Part shown: positions 38,168-47,721 of the stretch, piece by piece
How the letters are laid out: the number at the start of each line of letters is the position of its first letter
Numbering within the stretch: the first letter of the stretch is position 1
Source: an uncultured delta proteobacterium
GTDB taxonomy: Bacteria; Myxococcota_A; UBA9160; UBA4427
NCBI GenBank assembly: GCA_963822965.1
Contig: CAWGJT010000012.1
Location: forward strand, 416,001-480,000
Reading direction: 5' to 3'
DNA length: 64,000 nucleotides
The notes under the pieces: model-generated
Databases searched by the model: none
What the model saw: the letters and a program-made list of their open reading frames with translations, nothing else
What the model was told of the DNA's origin: nothing
Program-made: the position numbers and the translations under genes

Positions 38168-39475
38168 TCAATCGTCTTCGGCGAAGAACGACGTCAGGAG
38201 CTGGATCATCGGGGCCACGTCCGCGGCGCCGGCCATCTCGCGGCAGCTGTGCATCGAGAGCATCGGGTTGCCCACGTCGACGGTTCGCAGGCCCAGGCGC
38301 GCGGCGGTGATCGGACCGATCGTCGATCCGCACGCCAGGTCGCTGCGGGTCACGAAGTACTGGGGCTCGATCTCGTTCTCCGCGCAGAGAGAGGCGAAGA
38401 AGCCTCCGGAAGCGGAGTCGGTCGCATAGGACTGGTTGGCGTTGACCTTGATCACCGGGCCGCCGCCGATCACGGGCGTGTGGCCTCCCTCGTGCTTGTC
38501 CGCGTAGTTGGGATGGACGGCGTGGGCCATGTCCGCCGAGACCAGCAACGAGCCGGCGATGGCGCGCGGCAGCCCCTGGGGCTCTCCGCCCTTGAAGCCG
38601 GCGACGGTCCGCTCGAGCGCGTCCGCGAGCAGCGTCCCGGCGGCGCCCTGGGCGCTGCGGCTCCCGACCTCCTCGTGGTCGTACAGCACGACCACGCGGG
38701 TGAAGCGCGGCAGCCGGCGTTCCCCGGCGCGAAGCAGGGCCGTCAGGCCGGCATGACACGAGGCCAGGTTGTCGAGCCGGGGCGCGTGGATGAACTCGCC
38801 CCTCGCACCCGAGACCCCCGATGCCTGGGTGTCGTAGGCCATCAGATCGAAGGCGAGGACCTTCTCGGTCGGAAACTCGGAGATGCCCTGGGCGCGCAGC
38901 TCGATGGCGACGAGATCGCGCAGGTCGGGGGCGCCCTCCAGGCCGAGCACCGGCGCCAGGTGCTGCTGGGCGTTCAGCTTCAGGCCTTCGGTCGCGATCT
39001 CGCGCGAGAGATGGATGGCGAGATTCGGGACCCGCAGCAGGGGGCGGCCGAAATCGAGCAGCAGCGTCTCGACGCCCGCCCGGCTCCGCACCGTGACGCG
39101 CCCGGCCAGGGACAGATCGCGGTCGAGCCAGGTGTGGAGGAGCACGCCGCCGTAGGGCTCGACGGCGAGCTGCCGGTAGCCGTGCGCGCTGACGTCGGGC
39201 AGGGGCTTGAGCCGCAGGTTGGGTGAATCCGTGTGGGCCCCGACGATGCGGAAGCCGCCGGTCGCGGGGGACTCGCTTCCCACCTCGAAGGCGACCAGGC
39301 TTCCCTCGTTGCGGACCACGTAGTGCCGGGCACCCGGCTCGAGGTCCCACACGTCGCTCTCCGAGAGCGCCCGGTAGCCCTGCTGCTCGAGGCGGTGCAC
39401 CGACTCCGCCACCGCGTGATAGGGCGTCGGCGAGAGATCGATGTAGCCCAGCAGATCGGCCACGGACTCGGACAT
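38168..39475 (-). CDS. M18 family (aspartyl) aminopeptidase
   Basis: SPTPYHAV, GAHTDSP, TWLDRDL, RLDNL, DHEEVGS, SADMAHAVHPN, CGSTIGP, LSMHS. Confidence 0.95.
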   Translation of the reverse strand: MSESVADLLGYIDLSPTPYHAVAESVHRLEQQGYRALSESDVWDLEPGARHYVVRNEGSLVAFEVGSESPATGGFRIVGAHTDSPNLRLKPLPDVSAHGYRQLAVEPYGGVLLHTWLDRDLSLAGRVTVRSRAGVETLLLDFGRPLLRVPNLAIHLSREIATEGLKLNAQQHLAPVLGLEGAPDLRDLVAIELRAQGISEFPTEKVLAFDLMAYDTQASGVSGARGEFIHAPRLDNLASCHAGLTALLRAGERRLPRFTRVVVLYDHEEVGSRSAQGAAGTLLADALERTVAGFKGGEPQGLPRAIAGSLLVSADMAHAVHPNYADKHEGGHTPVIGGGPVIKVNANQSYATDSASGGFFASLCAENEIEPQYFVTRSDLACGSTIGPITAARLGLRTVDVGNPMLSMHSCREMAGAADVAPMIQLLTSFFAEDD

Positions 39476-39518
39476 GGGGCGAGCATAGCGGCCGCGGGAC
39501 GGGCCGCGCCGGCTTCGA

Positions 39519-40415
39519 CTAGCGCGGCCTGCGGTGGACCCGGCGACGGCCATAGAAGGCGAGCCCCACGAGGCCCAGGCCGGTCAGCAGCGCCGGCTGC
39601 GGCTCCGGCACGACCCGTGTGTTGAGCTGGATCGTCTGCGAGCCGAACGCCGCGAGGCTGCGGTCGAACTGGTAGGCGCCGCTGAAGTCCGAGGGCCCGA
39701 AGGTCGCGGACGTGTCGTTCAGGTCCTGGGCCGACGTCATGTTGTTGAGCGCGGTGCGAACGCTCGGGTACGTGCCCACCTGGAAGTGGTCGGCCGTACC
39801 GGACCCGACCGACCACACGAACAGGGCCGTGGGATCGTCGGCGTCGGTCAAGGTCATGCGGGACAGGTTCGAGGACGCGAGGTCGTCGCCGAAGTCGGCC
39901 GCACCGCCCAGATCGAGGTCGAGGTAGGTGTAGAGCGACACGTCGATGGCGGAGGCGGTCGTGTTGGTAAGCGTGATGTCCCAGCCGAGCCGGTCGACGT
40001 CCTGCGCCGACGTGTCGTCGATCAGATCGAACGTGTAGTCCACGGTGATCGCGCCGGTCGTCAGCCCGAGCGCCGCGGCCCCGGCCGCGCTGAGCGTGAG
40101 CTGCGAGACCGCCGAGGTGCCCGCCTGGGAGATCGCGCTGCTGACGCTGAAGTTCGTCGAGTCGATCCGGACGTGCCCCGAGGCCGTCCCGAGGTAGCCG
40201 AACATCTGGAAGAGCTCGTCGGTCACCCCGCTGTCGAAGGTCAGGACGCCGGTCTCGGACGCCGGCGACTCGGTGCCCTGGGCGTCGAAGCCGTAGCTGC
40301 CGAGGTTCGCGACGGTGACGTCGCCCACGACCATGTCGAGGGCGTGGGCCGGGCCCGCTGCCAGGCCCGACAGCAGGAGCCCGATCGCCAGAACCCTGGT
40401 GGTGTTGCTGCCCAT
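39519..40415 (-). CDS. Secreted PEP-CTERM surface protein
   Basis: Signal peptide ending AHA; C-terminal VPEP + TM + RRR. Confidence 0.85.
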   Translation of the reverse strand: MGSNTTRVLAIGLLLSGLAAGPAHALDMVVGDVTVANLGSYGFDAQGTESPASETGVLTFDSGVTDELFQMFGYLGTASGHVRIDSTNFSVSSAISQAGTSAVSQLTLSAAGAAALGLTTGAITVDYTFDLIDDTSAQDVDRLGWDITLTNTTASAIDVSLYTYLDLDLGGAADFGDDLASSNLSRMTLTDADDPTALFVWSVGSGTADHFQVGTYPSVRTALNNMTSAQDLNDTSATFGPSDFSGAYQFDRSLAAFGSQTIQLNTRVVPEPQPALLTGLGLVGLAFYGRRRVHRRPR

Positions 40416-40516
40416 CCGACTGCTCCCTGGGATTCCTCCGCGCGAACCGGCGCGGCCGAATCACCCCAGAGCTATCGGAGTCGTCGTCCTTGATCCTGAG
40501 AATTACGTGGTGGAAA

Positions 40517-41353
40517 TCACGCTATCGTGGGGGCTGGGACCCTCAGTGAGGCCTGAGAGCGGCCCCGGCGGGTGACCGCAAGTCTCCTCTCGGCGATCTT
40601 CTCGGCGGTCACCCCGTGGGAATGCTCGCGGTTCAGTCGTGCCTCGATGCGGCGTCCTTCCGCGAGGGTCTCTGCCAGCCCCCGGTCGATCAGGGCCTTG
40701 TAGGCGGAGACCATCTCGGGGAGGCAGGACATCATGTCGGCCGCCAGCGCGCGGCAGCTGGGCAGCAGCTCCTCGGGCGGGACCACCCGATTCACCAGCC
40801 CCCAACGCTCGGCCTGGGCTGCGTCGACGAAGTTGCCGGTGAGGGAGAGCTCCTTGGCACGATAGACCCCGAGGAGCCGTGGCAGCTTCTGACTCAGCCC
40901 CCAGCCCGGCAGGATGCCGACCCGCGCATGGGTGTCGGCGAAGCGCGCGTGGGTCGAGGCGATGAGCACGTCGCACGCGAGCGCGAGCTCGAAGCCGCCG
41001 GTGATCGCGACGCCGTTGATGGCGCCGATGATCGGGCGGTCGAACCCCTCGATGGCCGCGATCAGGTCCCCGCCGCCCCCCGCGGCCCGGGCGGCGTCGT
41101 CCGCCGCCGCGCCCGGCTCGCCCGCGAGCTCCTTCAGGTCGAGGCCGGCGCAGAACGCGCGATCTCCGGCGCCCGTGAGGATGACCACGCGCACCGAGTC
41201 GTCGGCGGCGAGGGCCTCGAAGACCTCGAGCAGGTGGCGTCGCAGCTCGCTGGAGAGCGCGTTCATGGCCCGCGGGCGGTTGAGCGTGAGGGTGGCGACG
41301 CCGTCCGCGTGCTCGACGAGCAGGACGGCTTCGGACGATCGGGTGGGGGACAC
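40517..41353 (-). CDS. Enoyl-CoA hydratase/isomerase family protein
   Basis: TLNRPRAMNAL, AFCAGLDLKE, AINGVAITGGFELALACD; GAGGAG RBS before the GTG. Confidence 0.92.
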   Translation of the reverse strand: MSPTRSSEAVLLVEHADGVATLTLNRPRAMNALSSELRRHLLEVFEALAADDSVRVVILTGAGDRAFCAGLDLKELAGEPGAAADDAARAAGGGGDLIAAIEGFDRPIIGAINGVAITGGFELALACDVLIASTHARFADTHARVGILPGWGLSQKLPRLLGVYRAKELSLTGNFVDAAQAERWGLVNRVVPPEELLPSCRALAADMMSCLPEMVSAYKALIDRGLAETLAEGRRIEARLNREHSHGVTAEKIAERRLAVTRRGRSQASLRVPAPTIA

Positions 41354-41476
41354 GCGGGAGCTCCTCGGAGGAAGGCCGGGGACGGCGGTGGCTGGGCGCC
41401 CCAGCATACCCCGGTCCGCCCGGGCGCCGAGCCGGCGACGGCCGCGGAGGCAGGGCGCTGAAGAGCCGGTACCTCG

Positions 41477-41884
41477 TTAGAAGCGGATCTCGAGCGAGAC
41501 GATCTTGCGGGGCTTGAGCGGCGCCTTCACCCGCAGCACCAGTCCGGTGTCTCCCAGCGGCGTGCTGTACCGCAGGATGGAGCTCACGCGGAAGCGCGTC
41601 GGGGCCGCGACCACGTGGCGGGACTCGTTGCGCCGGAAGGCGACGGTCCGCGGCTTGTTCTCGAGGCTCCCCGCGTACCGCGCGTACTGGAAGCGATCGG
41701 GAACCCGGTCGAAGTCGAAGTTCGCGGCCACCGCGGGCCCGGCGAAGAGGACGGTGAGCAGGAGGGCGGCGGCGAGGGCCGGGAGACCGGCGGCGCGGCT
41801 GCGGGCCTGGCGGCGGGCTCCGGGGGCCTGCGCGGCGCTTCCCAGCGCCTGGAAGGTTCCGCGATGCTCAGCCGAGTTCCGCAA
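41477..41884 (-). CDS. Small hypothetical secreted protein
   Basis: GGAG RBS before TTG; signal-like LAAALLLTVLFAGPAVA; beta-rich C-terminus ending VSLEIRF. Confidence 0.55.
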   Translation of the reverse strand: MRNSAEHRGTFQALGSAAQAPGARRQARSRAAGLPALAAALLLTVLFAGPAVAANFDFDRVPDRFQYARYAGSLENKPRTVAFRRNESRHVVAAPTRFRVSSILRYSTPLGDTGLVLRVKAPLKPRKIVSLEIRF

Positions 41885-41913
41885 GCTAGTCTCCGTCTAT
41901 GGGGGTATTTCAC

Positions 41914-41929
41914 TGCAAGACGTGTACCC
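41914..41929 (-). promoter_or_regulatory. Sigma54 (-24/-12) promoter
   Basis: Minus strand GGTACACGTCTTGCA = GG-N10-GC, close to TGGCACG-N4-TTGCW; about 30 nt upstream of the start codon. Confidence 0.55.
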
Positions 41930-41964
41930 AAGACGACTCCGGCCAGGGCCGGTTTGCATCGACG

Positions 41965-41977
41965 TAACCAATTGATT
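41965..41977 (-). promoter_or_regulatory. IHF-binding-site-like sequence
   Basis: Minus strand AATCAATTGGTTA matches WATCAANNNNTTR, just upstream of the sigma54 site. Confidence 0.5.
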
Positions 41978-42201
41978 TAAGTTGTGAAACCATCCCGGTG
42001 TTCCAGACCCGGCGCATGCCCCACGGGGGGTGTTACCTCTCCTTCCCTAATGCGGGCGATCGGGGTCGCCGGCTCCCCCGTTCCCCGCCGGCCGGCCGTC
42101 GCTATGATCCGGCATCGATCTGCCGCCTCCCCCGAGGCATCACCCCCCGAAAGAGCCGGTTTCCACCCCCCGCTGGCGAGCGCACCGTCCTGGAGCGTCC
42201 C

Positions 42202-42609
42202 GTGCGAGCAGCGACTCGATCGGCCCGCGATTCCCGTCCCTCCGGCTCGTCGTCGGGTGCCGCCCTGCGACGCCGCGTCGCGAGCGCGCTGCTCAGCGCT
42301 GCGATCGTGCTGGCGCCGGCGGCCGCACGCGCCGAGTCGAACGACGACGGCGCGGTGTCCCGCTTTGGTGTCGGTCTCGGGGCCGGCCTCTGCACGCTGG
42401 TCTACACACCGCTCAAGCTGGTGTACGCGATGGCGGCGTTCCCGATGGGAGCGCTCGTCTACCTGTGGAGCGTGGGCGATACGGAGATGACCGAACGCGT
42501 GGTGCGCAGTGGCACCCAGGGCACCTACGTGGTCACCCCCGAGCACCTGAAGGGCCAGCGGCGGCTCGACTTCGTGGGCAACGCGGACGACGGTCCGCCC
42601 GAGAAGTAG
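42202..42609 (+). CDS. Small hypothetical membrane/secreted protein
   Basis: GGAG before GTG; signal peptide; GLGAGLCTLVYTPLKLVYA...GTYVVTPEHLKG; start uncertain. Confidence 0.65.
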   Translation: MRAATRSARDSRPSGSSSGAALRRRVASALLSAAIVLAPAAARAESNDDGAVSRFGVGLGAGLCTLVYTPLKLVYAMAAFPMGALVYLWSVGDTEMTERVVRSGTQGTYVVTPEHLKGQRRLDFVGNADDGPPEK

Positions 42610-42672
42610 GGCTCCGGCTCTCCCCAATCTGCCGGCGCGGACGGCTCGCGTCACCCCGCGAGCCGGCGCGGC

Positions 42673-43257
42673 TCACACCTCCCGCCGCTCCAGCCGACAC
42701 GCCGCGCGCGCCTTGCGCCCCATGCGCAGCAGACTCTCCTCGCGGAAGTCGGACTCGAGACGATCCCACTCGAACCAGGCGAGGTCATGCGACTCGTCGC
42801 TCACGACGAGGGTCTGCCCCGGGCGCGCCGCCAGCAGGAAGCGAACGTCGTGATGCTCGTGGGCGGGCTCGCCGGGACGGGCCGGAATCCCGTGCACGTC
42901 GACGTCGAGCGGTAGCGGCGCCGACCCGTCCCCGGGCCGGCCGATCCAGTCGAGCTCGTGGAGGCCCGATTCCTCGCGCGCCTCGCGCAGGGCGACCGCG
43001 TGGACGTCGGGATCCCCGTCGGCGTGCCCGCCGAGCTGCAGCCAGCGGCCGAGCTTCCGGTGGTGGGTGAGCAGAAAGCGCCTGCGGTCGCTCGACACGA
43101 TCCAGGTGGAGGCGGTGACGTGGCCCGGCAGACAGCTGCGCTCGAAGCAGTCGGCATGATTGCGAACGAGTTCGCAAACGCGCTGCACGCGGTCCGCCTC
43201 GTCGGGATGGAGACGTTCGTAGCGCGCGAGCAGCTCGAGGAGCGGCTCTCGGTGCAT
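42673..43257 (-). CDS. NUDIX hydrolase
   Basis: GHVTAS, LTHHRKLGRWLQLGGHADG..ALREAREESG Nudix box. Confidence 0.92.
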   Translation of the reverse strand: MHREPLLELLARYERLHPDEADRVQRVCELVRNHADCFERSCLPGHVTASTWIVSSDRRRFLLTHHRKLGRWLQLGGHADGDPDVHAVALREAREESGLHELDWIGRPGDGSAPLPLDVDVHGIPARPGEPAHEHHDVRFLLAARPGQTLVVSDESHDLAWFEWDRLESDFREESLLRMGRKARAACRLERREV

Positions 43258-43383
43258 TCGGGGACCTCCGGAAGCGACGCGCCGGGGCCGGGTCCGGCGG
43301 CGCGACGCCGGTGTCGGCAACGCGCGCAGTATGACCGCCCCGGCGCACCGACGCCCCCGTCGATCCGATAGCCTGCGAGCACC

Positions 43384-46290
43384 GTGACCCGCGACATCGA
43401 AGCAGGCGACGACTGGCGAACCGCGCTCGAGCGGGCGCCCGATCCCGAGCACGCGACGAGGCTTGCGGAGGCCGTGCTCGAGGCGTTGCCGGCGGACCGT
43501 GCCTCGGACCTGCAGCGCGAGCGACCCGCGGCGCTCGCCGCCCTGCTGCTCGCGCTGTGCGGGGTGGCTCCATTCTTCTCGTCCTGGCTGCGCCGCCATC
43601 CCACCTGGGTGGAGGCGCTGCTGGACGAGGACCTCGCCCGTCCCCTCGCCCGGGAGGGCCTCGACCCGCGCCTCGCGCGCGCACTCGCCGACGGCTCGAC
43701 GGACGAGGAGTCCGCCCTGCGGCGCTTCAAGTACTACGAGCTGGCGCGCATCACCCTGCGTGACTGCGGCCTCCCCCTCGCCCGGAGCGGCGAGACCCTG
43801 GCGGAGCTGTCCCAGCTGGCGAACGTCCTGCTGGAACGCGCCCTGGAGATCGCCCGGGGCCGCATCGAGGAGCGCTTCGGCCCGCCCCGCTGGCGCGTCA
43901 CCACCGAAGACGGGCGGGAGCGGGAGGTCCGGCTCGACTTCTGCGTGATCGCCCTGGGCAAGCTCGGGGGCGGCGAGCTCAACTTCTCGTCGGACGTCGA
44001 TCTCGTGTACGTCCACGAAGCCCCCCCCGACCCCGTGGTCGCCGACCCCGAGCAGCTGCCGCCGAGCGAGTACTTCACCCGCCTCAGCCAGCACTTCGGC
44101 AAGCTCGTGGGAGACCGGACCGCGGAGGGCTTCCTGTATAGGGTCGACCTCGACCTGCGTCCCTCCGGCGCCCAGGGCCCGCCCGTCATCAGCGACGAAG
44201 CGTTCGTCTCCTACTACGAGCTGTGGGCCGACACCTGGGAGAAGGCCACCTTCACCAAGGCCCGGCCGGTGGCGGGAGACCGGCCCTTCGGCTGGCGGAC
44301 GATCCGCGGCGTCGATCCCATGATCTACCGCTCGGCGATGGACTACGCGGCGGTGCGGAGCATTCGCGAGCTGAAGGACAAGTTCGAGGCGGCCCACGGC
44401 GCCGGGGGCACGGGCTTCGACGTCAAGCTCGACCGGGGTGGCATCCGGGAGGTCGAGTTCGTCGCCCAGGCCATGCAGCTGCTTCACGGCGCACGCATCC
44501 CGCAGCTGCGGACCCGCTCCACCCGCGACGCCCTGGACCAGCTCGCGCGGGTGGGCCTGGTGGAGCGCCAGCAGGCGGACGGGCTCACACGCGACTACCT
44601 CTACCTGCGGCGCCTCGAGAATCGCCTGCAGATGGAGGACGAGCGGCAGGTCCACCGGCTGCCCCCGGATGCGGCCGCGCACACGCGCATCGCACGCGCC
44701 CTCGGTCACACGGGCGCGGACGCCGCGGACGCCCTCGACGCCGAGCTGCAGGCGTGCCGCGAGCGGGTTCACGCCAGCTACGCGTCGGTGCTGGCCGGCA
44801 GCGGGGCGGACGGAGGCGCCGACGCCGTGCTCGACATCTTCGTGCGCGGTGCGCCCCAGCTCTTCTCGTTCCCGGCCGCGCGGCGCATGCTCGAAGACCT
44901 GGCCGCGAGCTTCGCCCGCGAGATCGACGCTTCCACCGATCCCGAGCGCACCCTCAACAACCTCGACCGCTTCGTGAAGGCCATCGGCGGGCGGCGCTTC
45001 TACTACGAGCTGCTGCTCGATCGACCGGAGCTGGTGCCGCGCCTGGCCGGCTGCTTCGGCGCGTCCAAGTTCCTGTCCGACATCGTGGCGCGTCACCCTC
45101 GCCTGATCGAGCCCCTCTTCGACGATCCCGAGCTGCTGCTGCTCGATCGCGCGGCCCTGCGAAAGCAGCTGGCCGCGCTCACGGCCCCCGGAGACCCGCG
45201 GCAGGACCCGGTGGACGCCCGCCTCGACGGTCTCCGGCTCTTCCACCACGCGCAGACCGTGAACGTGGGACTGCTCGACCTGGCGGGCCTGGTGGAGCCG
45301 GCCGAGGCCCAGGCGGCGCTCACCGACATCGCGGAGCTGTGCCTCGAGGACGCGCTGGAGTTCTCACGCGAGCAGCTCGCCGCACGCCTGCCCGACCCGA
45401 GCGCCGGCGACTACGGCTACGCGGTGGTCGCCATGGGCAAGCTCGCCACCCGCGAGCTCACCTACGGCAGCGATCTCGACGTCGTGTTCCTGTTCGACGC
45501 CAAGGGCCCCGACGGCGAGCTCGACCTGACGGCGCAGGAGGGCTACGTCCGCCTCAGCCAACGCGTGATCTCCACCCTGCAGACGTCGACCACCGAGGGG
45601 GCCTGCTACGAGATCGACGCGCGGCTGCGGCCCTCGGGCAACCAGGGAACGCTCGTCACCTCCTTCGACGCCTTCCGCCGCTACCACGAGGCCAGCGCCG
45701 AGGTGTGGGAGCGCCAGGCGCTCCTGCGCGCGCGCGCCGTGGCGGGCGACGAAGCGCTCGGCGCGGCCTTCGCGGCCCTGCGCCTGGAGATCCTGGCGCG
45801 CCCGACGCCGCCGGACCTCCTCGCCGAGATCCATCGGGTGCGGCAGCGCATGGAGATGGAGCTGGCCCGGGAGACCTCCGCCCAGCGCAACTTCAAGACG
45901 GGACGCGGCGGCGTGCTGGACGTGGAGTGCATCGTGCAGGCACTGCAGCTGCTGCACGGTCACGAGCATCCCGAGCTCTTCGAGATCGTGCCCACGGCGT
46001 TGCAGATGGACCGGCTCGCCGACCTGGGCCTTCTCTCCCCGGACACCGCGCGCGTGCTGCGCGAGGGCTGGAGCTTCCTCGTGCGGCTCGCGAGCCGCCT
46101 GCGCATCGTCGACAACCGCTCCATCTCCGACCTCGACCAGGAGCGCGGCGACCTCGAAGGCATCGCCCGACGCCTCGGCTACACGTCACCGGGACGCGAG
46201 GGCGGCGCGCGGCGGGCATTGCTGTCCGACTACGAGCGACACACGGATGCGATTCGCGCGGAATACCTGAAGGTGTTTCAGAACGTGTAG
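43384..46290 (+). CDS. glnE: Glutamine synthetase adenylyltransferase/deadenylase
   Basis: Two NTase domains: LGKLGGGELNFSSDVDL and MGKLATRELTYGSDLDV; YRVDLDLRPSG; GGIREVEF. Confidence 0.95.
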   Translation: MTRDIEAGDDWRTALERAPDPEHATRLAEAVLEALPADRASDLQRERPAALAALLLALCGVAPFFSSWLRRHPTWVEALLDEDLARPLAREGLDPRLARALADGSTDEESALRRFKYYELARITLRDCGLPLARSGETLAELSQLANVLLERALEIARGRIEERFGPPRWRVTTEDGREREVRLDFCVIALGKLGGGELNFSSDVDLVYVHEAPPDPVVADPEQLPPSEYFTRLSQHFGKLVGDRTAEGFLYRVDLDLRPSGAQGPPVISDEAFVSYYELWADTWEKATFTKARPVAGDRPFGWRTIRGVDPMIYRSAMDYAAVRSIRELKDKFEAAHGAGGTGFDVKLDRGGIREVEFVAQAMQLLHGARIPQLRTRSTRDALDQLARVGLVERQQADGLTRDYLYLRRLENRLQMEDERQVHRLPPDAAAHTRIARALGHTGADAADALDAELQACRERVHASYASVLAGSGADGGADAVLDIFVRGAPQLFSFPAARRMLEDLAASFAREIDASTDPERTLNNLDRFVKAIGGRRFYYELLLDRPELVPRLAGCFGASKFLSDIVARHPRLIEPLFDDPELLLLDRAALRKQLAALTAPGDPRQDPVDARLDGLRLFHHAQTVNVGLLDLAGLVEPAEAQAALTDIAELCLEDALEFSREQLAARLPDPSAGDYGYAVVAMGKLATRELTYGSDLDVVFLFDAKGPDGELDLTAQEGYVRLSQRVISTLQTSTTEGACYEIDARLRPSGNQGTLVTSFDAFRRYHEASAEVWERQALLRARAVAGDEALGAAFAALRLEILARPTPPDLLAEIHRVRQRMEMELARETSAQRNFKTGRGGVLDVECIVQALQLLHGHEHPELFEIVPTALQMDRLADLGLLSPDTARVLREGWSFLVRLASRLRIVDNRSISDLDQERGDLEGIARRLGYTSPGREGGARRALLSDYERHTDAIRAEYLKVFQNV

Positions 46291-47717
46291 CCGAAGCGGG
46301 CCGCCCAGTTGAAGCCTTCCTTGGAGAAGCCGAAGTCGACCCGGAACGGAGCCTGGCGCTCGAGCAGGAAGCGCAGCCCGATGCCATAGCTGAACTTCAC
46401 GTTGTTCTGGACGACGTCGATCCCGTCGGAGCCGACGGTGCCCATCTCGAAGAAGGGCGCGACGCCGATGCGCTCCACGCGGATGGTGGGCGTGACCGCG
46501 AAGCCGCGCGGGATCACCCAGATGCGGTGCTCCACCACCGCGTGCCAGGCGGCGTCGTCGCGCCACCGTCCGGCCTGGTAGCCGCGCAGGGTCTCGGGGC
46601 CACCCAGGCTGGGGAGCGCCGTGAAGGGCAGCCCGCCCGCCTTGAGCCACAGGTTCGCGCCGACGTTGAGCGTGTCGGTGGGCGGATTCTCCTCGTGTGC
46701 GTCGCCACCGTGATGGAAGATGCCCGGCACGGGAAACGTCGCCGAGGCGTCGAGCTCGAAGCGGGCGCCCACGTCGCCCCCGCCCTGCACGAGCGGGGCC
46801 TCGACGCGGGCGCCCAGCTCGTAGCCCCGGTAGGGGTTTCGCTGGCTGTCCCGGGTGTCCCAGCGCAGCGCGGCCAGCAGGAAGCCCAGCTGCTCCTGGT
46901 CGCGATTGTCGATGAAGGTCTTGAACAGGTGGCTCTGGTCCCAGCTGCCCCCCTTGCATTCCAGATCGGGCAGGAACTCCTCGCAATCGAAGTCGTTGGT
47001 CGAGAGTCCGTGGAACTCGGCGCGGATTCCGATTCGCCCGATGAGGTCGTCGCCGGGGTCGGGAATGGCCATCTGCAGCCGCAGCTCGAGCTCGTAGAGC
47101 TCGTCGGTGTACTTGATCTCGTCCTTCTCCGGCGCGTCGGGCCCGAAGCCGTAGAAGCGGCGGGTGAGCGTCTTCTGGTAGCCGCCCGAAGCGCCCACGT
47201 AGCTTCGCTCCTCCTGCAGGATGCCGCCCCCCGGCAGCTCGATGTGGTGCAGCCAGCGGCGCCACAGTCCCCAGTAGCTCTGCTGTCCCTCCGAGGTGTA
47301 GGTCAGGAAGACGCCCGCGAACTCGCGCCTCCGCTGGGAGCGGAAGTCGATGTCGGTGATGGCCATTCCCCCGCCGACGCCGGTGTCCGGATTGCGGAAG
47401 AAGATGGGAATGATGAAGCTCGACACCAGGAAGCGTTGGAAGAAGTTGCCTTCCTTGATGCGACCCTCGGGCACGTAGCGCCAACGCTCCGGGTTCGGAA
47501 GGTCGGCGGGCTTCTCGATCGCCGGGATGCGGCCGTCCGGGTCCATGCCCTCGTAGGGATCGTAGACCCCGGGCACTCCCGGGTCGCCATGGGCCGGCAC
47601 CTCGGAGCCCCCGGCCGTCGCCTTGGACGCCGCGGCCGTGGCGCTGGCCGGTCGCAACGACACGGCCAGCGCCGACGCCAGGGCGAGCCCGAGCCCGATG
47701 CGCCGGATCGGGATCAC
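46278..47717 (-). CDS. BamA/TamA (Omp85)-type outer membrane barrel protein
   Basis: Signal peptide, LRGY loop motif (LGGPETLRGYQAGRWRD), YGIGLRF, terminal FGYTF; no evident POTRA domains. Confidence 0.8.
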   Translation of the reverse strand: MIPIRRIGLGLALASALAVSLRPASATAAASKATAGGSEVPAHGDPGVPGVYDPYEGMDPDGRIPAIEKPADLPNPERWRYVPEGRIKEGNFFQRFLVSSFIIPIFFRNPDTGVGGGMAITDIDFRSQRRREFAGVFLTYTSEGQQSYWGLWRRWLHHIELPGGGILQEERSYVGASGGYQKTLTRRFYGFGPDAPEKDEIKYTDELYELELRLQMAIPDPGDDLIGRIGIRAEFHGLSTNDFDCEEFLPDLECKGGSWDQSHLFKTFIDNRDQEQLGFLLAALRWDTRDSQRNPYRGYELGARVEAPLVQGGGDVGARFELDASATFPVPGIFHHGGDAHEENPPTDTLNVGANLWLKAGGLPFTALPSLGGPETLRGYQAGRWRDDAAWHAVVEHRIWVIPRGFAVTPTIRVERIGVAPFFEMGTVGSDGIDVVQNNVKFSYGIGLRFLLERQAPFRVDFGFSKEGFNWAARFGYTF

Positions 47718-47721
47718 GCCG

